Shown here: one piece after another, positions 11,827 through 22,075 of the stretch
Numbering within the stretch: position 1 is the first letter of the stretch
Layout of the letters: the number at the start of each line of letters is the position of its first letter
Assembly: GCA_030264375.1 (NCBI GenBank)
Contig: JASCQW010000133.1
Location: forward strand, 24,449,399 to 24,513,398
Direction: 5' to 3'
Origin: Carcharhinus longimanus
Taxonomy: Eukaryota
Length of the DNA: 64,000 bases
The notes under the pieces: model-generated
What the model saw: the letters and a program-made list of their open reading frames with translations, nothing else
Databases searched by the model: none
Told to the model about the DNA's origin: nothing
Made by a program: the position numbers and the translations under genes

Positions 11827-14126
11827 TGTTGTGATGGCCACAAAGGACATGGGGTATCGTTGATAGATCTCCCCGTGAGCTTCCTAGAGTATGAACTCCC
11901 TTGCTGAGCAAGCGGAGGCTCACCCAATAGGAAGTGAGCAGCAGGGAGTTAAAACCCGTTGCTTCAAAGTGAACCGTTGTAGATACACAGGTAGAGATAA
12001 CATGCTGTAAGCTGCGGGTACTGCACTTCCTTTTTGTTATTAGTAAAGGGTTTCTTGGTGTTGGAAGACTGGCCTTGACAGAATTATTATATTGGCGACG
12101 ATGAGTAAGAACAATCTTTTTTCTCTTTGCGGATAACCTCCTTAGGTCAAGAATCTTCTCCAGTAAGAAAAAGCAATGATGCCTCTTTTCAGAAAACTTG
12201 AACCCTTTGAAACCAATAGGGAAGACTTAACCCAATATACAGAGTGCTTGTTCAGCCAAACAGCCAAGGCCATCACTTGGCAATACCCTGCAGGTAGCTT
12301 CTCTTCCTGAAACAGGGACATTACAACTGAATCACATCATCTCAACAAAAGTTGCCCCTACAGTGATAGAATTACAAATAAATGGTCAGTCTTTGAAATG
12401 GAGGTGGACATGGGGGCTGTTGTCTCCTGTTATCGGAGAACAGACTTAGAAGAACCTTCAAACTGGCATCCGACTCCTGAGCTAAGAAGACTCGAGGTCA
12501 GACCAGCCACTCTCACAGCAAAACCTTTACAAATAAAAGGCACCACAATGGCCCCAGTGACTTACAGGCAGCAATCCCACTCATTGTTGTATAGGGGCAA
12601 GATCCAAATCTTATGGGAAGAAATTGGCTGCAGTAGATTAGGCTGGAACATAAGAACACAAGAAATAGGAGCAGGAGTAGGCCATCTAGCCCCTCGAGCC
12701 TGCCCCGCCATATAATAAGATCATGGCTGATCTGTCATGGCTCAGTTCCACATTCCCGCCCTCTCCCCATAACCCTTAATCCCCTTGCTTATCAAAAACC
12801 CATCAACCCGCGTCNNNNNNNNNNNNNNNNNNNNNNNNNNNNNNNNNNNNNNNNNNNNNNNNNNNNNNNNNNNNNNNNNNNNNNNNNNNNNNNNNNNNNN
12901 NNNNNNNNNNNNNNCACCTGCAGGCTGGGTTTTTGCGACTCATGCACAAGGACCCCGAGGTCCCTCTGCACCGTCGCATGCTGCAGTTTTTTGCCACGTA
13001 AGTAATAGTCCTTCCTACCATTATTCCTACCAAAGTGGACAACCTCACACTTGCCAATGTTAAATTCCATTTGCCAGTTCCTGGCCCATTTGCCCAGCCT
13101 GTCTAGATCCTATCTGGAGTGGTTAGAGATCAGCCTATCTGGAGCGGTTAGAGATCATTTTCACCAAATGGACTGGTGGAGCAGGCGGTGCAAACTTCAA
13201 AAATGGCATGAGAAAACAACCAGCGGCATCCATGGAGACCACATGGCACAACTTTTATATGATTATAGGATCACACCTTATACAACAATAGGGATTGCTC
13301 CAGTGGAATTGCTAATGAGGTGGTAGTTTTGTACAAGTCTGAGCCTACTGTTTCCAAAGCTTGCGGGAAGATTGAGTCCCAAACTCCCAACAAGAAAACC
13401 AGAAAAATAATTAAGATTCTGCGAGGAATGAAAGAACATTTAAAATGAATGATCTGGTTCACGTAAGAAACTTCGGTGATGGTCACTGTTGGATCCCTGA
13501 GATCATTATGGAGGAAAAGGGGGCCAGTATCTTATAAGGCAAAAATCCAGATTAAAGTTGTAAAGAAACATTTGGATCATGTTAAGGGTAGGGAGTCCAC
13601 TTCCGAATAGGTCTCACTACTGGCCGTGGAGATGGCCATCTCCAGTGTTTGGCTACAGCTTGAAGCCGATCCCATGTCAGTCCCTCCAGATAATGAGTAT
13701 ATGGGCTCTGAGATGGCTGCAGTGGAAGTGAGTTGAAACAGAACCTGAGGAGGAACTGTTATCCCCCCGAACGTAAAGGAATCCCAGCCAGTTCATGCCA
13801 CCTAACCTGGCTCTGCCTTTGACACACCACAGATCCAGCAATAGGCGCAGAAAGGATTTTCTCTCAATGGGGATACTGTGGAGAAATGGACCGAAGTGGG
13901 GAGGGATCTCCCTTTGGGCTTCATGGAGTATGAACTCCATTACTGAGCGAGCAGATGCTTGCCCAATGGAAATTGAGCAATGGGGGTTTAAGATCCATTG
14001 CTTCAACCAGACCATTGTATGTCACCGATAGAGACAATATGCTGTAAGCTGAGGGTGTGGATCTTCGTTTTTGTTATCAATAGAGGGTTCCTTGGTGATG
14101 GAAGGCTGGCCTTGACAATTATTACA
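11827..14126 (+). mobile_element. Gypsy LTR retrotransposon B, non-autonomous (RT and RNase H deleted)
   Basis: 5' LTR 11827-12091, PBS TGGCGACGA at 12093, gag start MMPLFRKLEPFETNRED, protease NGQSLKMEVDMGAVVS and integrase end YRITPYTTIGIAPVELLM. A PPT precedes a 5'-clipped 3' LTR at about 13906-14126. TSD is gttag/gtcgg. Confidence 0.88.
12646..13110 (-). mobile_element. CR1/HER1 LINE 3' fragment nested in Gypsy B
   Basis: Minus ORF MEFNIGKCEVVHFGRNN...VQRDLGVLVHESQK and a CR1 tail (CATAAGAA repeats on +). Confidence 0.9.
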
Positions 14127-14499
14127 GTCGGCAAAATATGATAACTCTGTTTAACATCTCATCTGAAAGGTAAACAGTGCAGCAGTCTCTTGGTAATACT
14201 GAAATATTAGGCTCAATTATATCCTCTCACCCCTGGAGAAGTATCTGAACTCATGAACATCTGACTACACTTCATAGATTTTGTTGTAAAATACACTTGT
14301 TATGATGTACTTTGGGATATTCAGAGACCACAAAAGATCTTTTTTCAATTGCAGCTTCTTTCTTTTACAATCCCAGACATAAAAGAGCAGCATTGTGCTA
14401 CACAATCCCTTAGAATGTGTCAGTGTTTCAAACAGTACTGCTGATGTATTATTTTTTGACGTTTTCATTGCAAATCACTTTCCATTTTACTACATACAG

Positions 14500-14599
14500 G
14501 AATTACTAAAGCTCATCATCTGGCATTCCAGGAGTGTGAATCCCTTCAGGCTGTGTTTTCAAAACACTTGAGCCCAAATGTATTGAGGTCCCCGGCAAG
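14500..14599 (+). CDS. RAD9B: RAD9B coding exon 5
   Basis: tacag|...|gtaggg, 100 nt. Encodes (G)[32 protein letters not shown](R). Confidence 0.95.
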
Positions 14600-15073
14600 G
14601 TAGGGGGCAATCAGGCATTTAATCCATTGGGAATATATTGGTGAATCATTATGTTACTATACCTTACATTGAAACATAAACAAACAATGCTGACTAATTC
14701 TATCAAAGGATAACATCTGAAACTTCGACTTATTCTTTCTCTGGATACCAAACGACTTGTGAGTGTTTTTAACATTTTCCATGTTATTTCAGATATGCAG
14801 GATTTTGTTGTTTATGTTGAGCCAGGGCCAAGTTCCTCCTTGCACCAAAATGTAAGAGGGGCAGCCTTTACTCACTAGTTATAAAACACTACAGACATGT
14901 GAGAATGCATGATCTGGCAAACAGCAGAGATACTGTTGGAAAATAGGTGTGAACTACAACCATATGGAAACATTACTAGAAGAAGAATAAATTAAGGGAG
15001 AAAACGTAACTTGTGAAACAATCAGCATTTCTTGAAACAAAATGATAACATGTGTGATCTAATTTTCTTAAAG

Positions 15074-15180
15074 GCTTCTGGCTGATATAGCTATTCACTT
15101 TCCAATGTCACAAGAGGAGATTACACTGATTGTGACACCTTTGAAAGTTTTCTTCAAGAGTTATGTTGATGAAGACAAAG
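15074..15180 (+). CDS. RAD9B: RAD9B coding exon 6 (GC donor)
   Basis: ttaaag|...AAG|gcaagt, 107 nt. Encodes [35 protein letters not shown](D). Only the GC donor gives the phase needed by exon 7. Confidence 0.92.
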
Positions 15181-15226
15181 GCAAGTAAATTTAAATTAAT
15201 TTCACTGCTGAATAAAGAGTTTAAAT

Positions 15227-15869
15227 CAGGGTTCCCAAACTGGGTTGCCCAGGACCTGGACTCCTGCAGGTGTTCTGCATCAGTTTGGCTGCAGATTCTG
15301 AGTAAAGATGAAGGGACCCAAGAAGAGCCAAGGTCAAGAGAAACTTGAGAAGAGCGAAAGTCAAGGGCGACCCAGGAAGAGCCAAGGCTGAGGGGTACGC
15401 AAGAAGAACCAAGGCCGAAGGGGACTCATGAAGAGCTGAGGGGGACTCAAGACGAGCCATGTCAAGTGGGGTTCAAGAAGTCGGGAGGGTCCCAAGAAGA
15501 GCTGAGGTCAAGAGAGATCTGACAAGAGGCTGATGAGCCCTGAGAAGGGCCATGGCCACTGGGGGCCTGAGAGAGGCTGAGGCCGGGGGGTGGTCTAAGA
15601 GGGGCTGGGGACCAGGCAGGGCTGCTGAGGCCTGAGTGAAGCCAAGACTACGGTGGGACCTGACAGTAGCCAGGGAAATTGCTCTGAGAAGAAAATAATA
15701 CAATGGAAGTACATTTAAGTTTGTTTTTGTATATTTGTACCTGTTGCGCGATAATAATAATTTTTGTAGTTTAATTCTTCAAAAAAATGAGAATATTTCT
15801 CAGGGGGTCCTTCAGTATTCTTGGGAGGTCATAAACTGTGGTTGGAAAAGTTTGGATTAGAAAACCCTG
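15227..15869. mobile_element. Non-autonomous hAT element containing a purine-rich minisatellite
   Basis: TIRs CAGGGTTCCCAA / TTAGAAAACCCTG and a perfect 8-bp TSD GTTTAAAT (15219-15226, 15870-15877). Degenerate units of about 32 bp (AAGAGCCAAGGTCAAGGGG...) span 15310-15660. Confidence 0.85.
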
Positions 15870-15990
15870 GTTTAAATTATATATTATCAAATAAAAGATG
15901 AAAGTGTTTTAATTCTGTCCTTTACTATGCTACCTTTTTGTAAAATTGATGTTTAAAAATTTACTGTATCCATTTCTTGTTATTGTACAG

Positions 15991-16097
15991 ATTTCACAAA
16001 GGTAGTGCAGACTGAAATGAGTTTAAAACCCAAGGAATTTGAATACCTTCAGGTTGGAGTTGATTCTGAGATTACGTTTTGCTTGAAGGAGCTTAGG
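15991..16097 (+). CDS. RAD9B: RAD9B coding exon 7
   Basis: tacag|...|gtatgg, 107 nt. Encodes [35 protein letters not shown] (Rad9 ITFCLKE motif). Confidence 0.96.
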
Positions 16098-16584
16098 GTA
16101 TGGGAATTTATATTACTGTGGTAGATTGATGTTTCTAATTATGCAATGTTATGGAACCGTAAAAAGCACTTTAAACTGAATGATGCAAAGATGCAGACTA
16201 GTCTTGTGCATTTCTGAAGTAATGAGTCAATCTAATAAGGATATATATTAAAAATGTATTTTTTCAATGTTTTTCAAGTGTAAAATGGGTGCAATACTGA
16301 TAAATTTATCTGTAGGGTGGCTCCGTGCTCCATTTGCTTGTGTGTTTAGGCTGTCACTAAAGTATTGGAACCTTTTTATGCATCCCAGGCAGCCACCTAA
16401 AACAAGTGTTAAAACTATTTGCACATGTTAATGGTGGATGTAATGTCTGTTTAAGGGCCCCGTGGAAATTTCTTTCCAATGAGTTTCCTAATTTAAGAAT
16501 GTTTTCAGTTTTCCTGAAGAACAAAGAGGAGCAAGATTGCTCCACTACACAAAGGCCCCACCTCACTATATGTTCAAGCAAGTA

Positions 16585-17142
16585 TACAAATTAAGGGCAG
16601 GAATAGATTACTCACCTCCTCAAGCCTGCTCCGCCATTCAGTAAGATGATGGTTGATTTGATTGTAACCTCTCACCTACCTTTACTTTTCATACCTTTGT
16701 TTATCAAGAATCTATCGACCTTTGCCTTAAAAATATTCAAAGATTCTGCTTTCACCGTCTTTTGAGGAAGGGAGTTCCAAAGACTACTGATCATCCAAGA
16801 GAGAAAATTTCTCCTCATCTCCGTCTTAAATGGACAACCCTTATTTTTAAGCAGTGAGCTGTAGTTCTAAATTCTCCCACAACAGAAAACATTCTTGCTA
16901 CATCCACCTTGTCAATAAGCCTCAGGATCTTAAAGGTTTCAAACAAGTTGTCTCCTACTTTTCTAAGCTCCAATGGATATAACTCCTAGCTTGTCAAACC
17001 TTTCCATTCAGATAACCCACCCATTCCAGGCATTAGCCTCGTAAACCTTCTCTAAACTGTTCCTAGTGCATTTATATCCTTTTTTAAATAAGGATACCAA
17101 TACTGTACACAATACTTCAGATGTGATCTCACCAGTGTCTCT
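16585..17142 (-). mobile_element. CR1/HER1 LINE 3' fragment
   Basis: Typical reverse CR1 3' end (CAAGCCTGCTCCGCCATTCAGTAAGAT...GAGTTCCAAAGA...TTTCTCCTCATCTC). Confidence 0.8.
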
Positions 17143-20100
17143 TACAACAGTGTTCACCTCTGTTATCCTGACAGCAGTTTACATCCTACCCTATGTGGAC
17201 ATGAAAACTACGCTAGACAAAATATACACCACCACAAATAGTCCTGAGATGAAACATCCCAAAGCTTTGTTCATCCTGGCCGGGGACTTCAATTAGGCCA
17301 AGTTCAAGAACGTTCTTCCAAGATACAACCAAAACTTTGATTTGATATGATTTGCTTTGATTTATTATTGTCACATTTATTAGCACAGTGAAAAATATTG
17401 TTTCTTCTGCACTGTACAGACAAAACATAGCATTGATAGAGAAGGACATGAGAGAGTGTAGAGTGTAGTGTTACAATCATAGCTAGGGTGTAGAGAAAAA
17501 TCAACTTAGTGCGAGTTAGGGTCCATTCAAAAACCTGACAGCAGCAGTGAAGAAGCTGTTCTTGAGTCGGTTGGTATGCGTCCTCAGACTTTTGTATCTC
17601 TTTCCCGGTGGAAGAGAGAGTGGAAGAGAGAGAAGGTGTGTGGGATCCTTAATTATGCTGGCTGTTTTGCCAAGGCAGCAGGGAGTATAGACAGAGTCAA
17701 TGGATGGGAGGCTGGTTCGCATGATGGATTGCTCTACATTCACAATCTTTTGAAGTTTCTTGCAGTCTTGGGCAGTGCAAGAGCCATACCAAGCTATGTT
17801 ACAACCTGAAAGAATGCCTTCTATGGTGCATCTGTAAAAGTTAGTGAGAGTCGCATATAACATGCCAAGGTTCCTTAGTCTTCTCAAAGTAGAGGCATTG
17901 GTGGGCTTTCTTAACGATTGTGTCAGCCTGGGAGGACCAGGACAGTTTGTTGATGACCTGGACACCTAAAAACTTGACGCTCTCGACCATTTCCACCTTG
18001 TCCCCGTTGATGTTCTCCTTTACGCTTCCTGAAGTCGATGACAATCTCCTTTGGTTTGTTGACATTTAGGGAGAAATTATTGTCGTTGCACCAGTTCACC
18101 AGATTCTCTATCTCATTCCTGTCTTGTCATTGTTCTCTTGTCTCCTGTTTCACCAGAGACCCAAATATTCTAGACCACTGCTACACAAATGTCAAACATG
18201 CCTACTACTCTATCGCCTGTCCACATTTTGGCAAATCAGACTACAAGGTTGTGCTTCTGCTTACAAGCTTACAAGCAAAAAACTGAAATGGGAGAATTTG
18301 CTAAAGAAAGTCGTGCAATATTGGCCTAAGGAACTGGATGATCTCCTACAGGACTGCTTTGAGTTAGTAGATTGCTCAATACTTAAAAACTCAGTGACCA
18401 ACCTGAATGAGTATGCCACTACACTAACTGACTTCATTAGTATGTGTGTAGAAGACTGTGTGGCAAAGAAGCAAATTCTGTGTGTTTCCCAACTGGAAAC
18501 CATGAATGAACAGGGATATCCTCTGCTTGCTGAAATCCTGGTTTGAGTTGTTCAACTCAGGTCATGCTGACCTACAAAAGAAATCCAGAGATGATCTACA
18601 GAGCTCCATCAAAGATGCCAAAAGACAGTATGGACCAAGCTAGAGTCTCAAGCTAGCCACATGGACTACCATCTGCTATGTCAAGGTCTGCAAGACATAA
18701 CAGGCTACAAGATGAAGACATGTAAAATTGCCAGCACCAATGCACGCCTCCCCAATGAGTTTCATGCATATTATGCCCCTTTTGAGCAAGAGGTCAGCGA
18801 GAGCCCTCCACTCTGGAAGCCTCAGATGAACCAGTATCTGAGGTCACCATAGCAGGTGTCAGAGCAGCCTTCTCAAAAGTCAACCCATGAAAAGCAACTG
18901 GCCCAGATGGAGTAACCAGACAAGCACTCAGATCTCGCACAGACCTGCTGGCAGGGGTATTTGCAGACATCTTTAATGTCTTTTTACAGCAATCTGAGGT
19001 CCCTGTCTGCTTCAAGAAGATGACTGCCATTCCGGTACCAAAGAAAAGCCAGGCAGTGTGCCTTAATGACTATCGTCCAGTGGCTTTGACATCTACCATT
19101 ATGAAGTGGTAGAAAAGTTAGTCATGGTACGAATCAGTCCCTGCCTCCCAGATTGCTTGGATTCACCACAGTTCGCCTATCGCTGCATTTGATCCACAGC
19201 AGACACCAGCTCCCTGGCCCTGCACTCAATCCTGGAATACCGAGATAACAAAGACACCTACGTCACAGTCATATTTATTGACTACGGCTCAGCCTTCCAC
19301 ACCATTATTACTTCAAAACTCATCTCCAAATGCTGTGGCCTGGGGCTCAGCTCCTCCCTCTGCAACTGCATCCTGAACTTCCTAACCCATAGACCACAAT
19401 CAGTAAGGATAGGCAACAACCCCTCCTCCACAAACATCCTCAAGACTGGTGCCCCACAAGGCTGTGTCCTCAGCCCCTTACTATATTCCTTATACACTTA
19501 TGACTGTGTGGCCAACGATACCACCATAATGGGTCATATCTCAAATAATGATGAGACAGAATACAGGAAAGAGATAGAGAATTTGGTGAACTGGTGCAAC
19601 TGCAATAATCTCTCCCTCAATGTCAACAAAATGAAGGAGGTACTTATCGGCTTAAAGAAGCATAGTGGAGGACATGCCCCTGTCTACATACACAGGATTG
19701 AAATGGAAATGATGAAGAGCTTCAAGTTTCTAGGTGTCCAAATCACCAGCAACCTCTCTTGGTTCTTCCATGCTAACGCTATTGTTAAGAAAGCCCACCT
19801 AAACCTCTACTTTCTCAGGAGGCTAAGGAAATTTGGCATGTCTGCTATGACTTCCACCAACTTTTACAGATGAACCACAGAAAGCACAGAATGGTATGGC
19901 TTCTGCTCCGTCCAAGACCGCAAAAAACTACAAAGGGTTGTAAATGAAGCCCAGTCCATCATGTGAACCAGCCTCCCATCCATTTCGGTAGCCTTGGAAA
20001 ATCAGCCAGTGTAATCAAGAACCCAATGCACCCTGGATGTACCCTCTGCCACCTTCTTCTGTCTGGAAAAAGATATAAAAGTCTGAGATCATGTACTAAC

Positions 20101-20304
20101 CGACTGAAAAGCAGCTTCTTCCTTACTGCCATCAAACTTTTGAATGGACTTACCTTGCATTAAGCTGATCTTTCTCTATACCTTAGCTATGATTGTAACT
20201 CTCTGCACTCTCTCCTTCCCTATGCACAGTATGCTTTGTATAGCAGAAGAAACAATACTTTTCACTACACTAATACATGAGACAATAATGAATCAAAAAA
20301 TCAA
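17143..20304 (+). mobile_element. Rex1/Babar-type LINE, 5'-truncated and decayed
   Basis: APE motifs AVYILP...AGDFN and ILDHCY are present, as are RT motifs RPVALTS and [13 protein letters not shown] (the YADD region is damaged by a deletion). It continues through FKFLGVQI...FLRRLRKFG to a TCAAA-type tail. Confidence 0.9.
17336..18139 (-). mobile_element. Rex1 3' fragment inserted antisense into the host Rex1
   Basis: Minus ORF ...LTNFYRCTIEGILSGC...RLKNSFFTAAVRFLN with a (TTTGA)n tail at 17336-17362. The host frame resumes RYNQN|SCFTRDPNILDHCY. Confidence 0.88.
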
Positions 20305-20800
20305 AGGGGCATGTCTTATGTCGTCATGTGTTGGGGGGCGGAACCTTAACACCCCGGTAAAACCCAACTGCCCTATGATCGGGCACCATTTTTAAAGGGA
20401 TGACAGGAATAGACCTCCACCCCATCCACCATGGAGGTCTCATGGGCTTCCCTCCCCCTCCCAGTTGGAGTCGGCACTCCTCTCCCCCGATCATCGGCCC
20501 CCTTCCCACCCAGTCACCATCTCATGAACCTGTTGTAAATGGCATCACTACCCAACAAATATCCGGTGAGGGTGGAAGTCCCGGAGAGAGTGCTCGCTAA
20601 TGACATGTTAACGTATTAAAATGAGCATATTAAAATGAGCTTCCTAGGATCCTGCGGCGCGTCCCATGCTACTCTGCCGGCCAGTGGGCTGAAAGATCAG
20701 AACTTGGAAACTTGGTGGCACGAGTCATGCTTTCCCAGTCTCCGGGTATTGAACATGCAGAGATGCAGGCTCAAAATCACCCCCATTGTTTGCTTTCTGG
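20305..20800. mobile_element. GC-rich non-autonomous DNA element fragment (probably Harbinger-derived)
   Basis: CpG/GC-rich island with no ORF, resembling shark MITEs. Ends are not resolved. Confidence 0.35.
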
Positions 20801-21914
20801 CAGGCCTGCCAATGAACTAAGCACTTCAGTGTACATACCCATCAGCTTTCTTCTGCAGCCTGCCCCATCAAAGTGCTTATCTCTCATGTGAGACTCATCC
20901 TCTGGGTTGTCATCTACGCTACCTTTGACCCCTGCCCTTTGCTGCAGACCACCTGTGCCCAGTGCCTCACCATGTGTATATCTCATCTCTAAGCTACAAC
21001 TGAAGTAATTGTAGTATCAGTATCTGAGCTGATGTCTGCGAGTGTGATACTTAATAATGACATCACCTCTGTCATGCACCCAGGTTCTCTGGACTTGACA
21101 CCTGGTGTTAACTATTAGGGCTGTCATGTCCTAATACCTTCTGAGAGTTTGTCTGGAAGGCCCTATGTGAATAAATAGCATCTACTCCTCTACACCTCTT
21201 AGATCAAGGCCTCCAGTATAATGCCAGAAAATTTGGAGCCTGCTCTTTTCCATATTGTGCCATTCTTGCATCTTTCCCACATCAGAAAAAATGGTAGATT
21301 GGCTTGTAGCATTTGCTCCAGCCACAATGCATCTTCCTTTTAAGTTGATTTTAAGTACTGTAGGTGTGAACCTCTCATGATTTTGGGCCCCCTCCTGAAC
21401 TCATTTTCAGTGTCATCAAACTTAGTCCTCAGTATCTCACAAAATCTGATGAATAATTATTGCAATTGTCAAAGATATTTCCATGGCTGCATCCATTGTT
21501 TCTTCAAGTTCTCTCTAACTTGTCAGGGATCTCATGTGAATGTCTCCTTTGAAGACAAGACTGTGGATAAGGCAGTGAACCATGATAGTCCTTGAAATTT
21601 TGGCTGCTCTGCTGCATATCTGCAGATCCTGCTCCAACAAGTTAACTGGCTTGATCATAGCCTTCATGGTAAATTTGAACCTGTGAAAGTGTTTTTCTCT
21701 GTAAGGTATAAACAGTACTTTTGTACACAACAAAGCAGACATTTGACCTTTGCCCAAGGTGTATAACTGGTGTTTTGAATTGGCTGCTTATTAAAGAAAC
21801 TGCTTGATTTTCATTTTTCCATTTTCCTATGTCTCTGCGGGGGATCCATCAATCCTTTCCCTGGACCTAGCAGCCAGAAGTCTTATTCCCTGGCAGCTTG
21901 GAGCTGTGAGTGAT

Positions 21915-22075
21915 GCGTGAATTGATATGTTTAAGAGTGAGATTGATAATTTTTGATAAGGTTTGGAGGAATATAGAATAAAGGCAGATGAATGAAGTTA
22001 AGGTACAGATCAACCAAGGTTAAACTAAATGGTGGAACAGCCTCAAGGGACTGAATGGCTTATGCTTTTTAATGT
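21915..22075 (+). mobile_element. CR1 3' end fragment
   Basis: TTTAAGAGTGAGATTGATAATTTTTG...AAATGGTGGAACAGCCTCAAGGGACTGAATGGC. Confidence 0.65.

Larger units (their letters stand above)
11715..14265 (-). mobile_element. SacSINE1/Deu-like SINE split by Gypsy B (pieces about 11715-11826 and 14127-14265)
   Basis: GCCAATTTGTGCGTAGCAAGGTCCCA...CAGCAATGAG and TTTAACATCTCATCTGAAAG...ACAGTGCAGCA...TGAACTC resemble the reverse complement of this shark SINE as I recall it. Confidence 0.55.

Noticed and set aside
15310-15660. Repeat array that could be mistaken for CRISPR
   Set aside because: It is a degenerate tandem minisatellite without unique spacers, inside a hAT element in vertebrate DNA.
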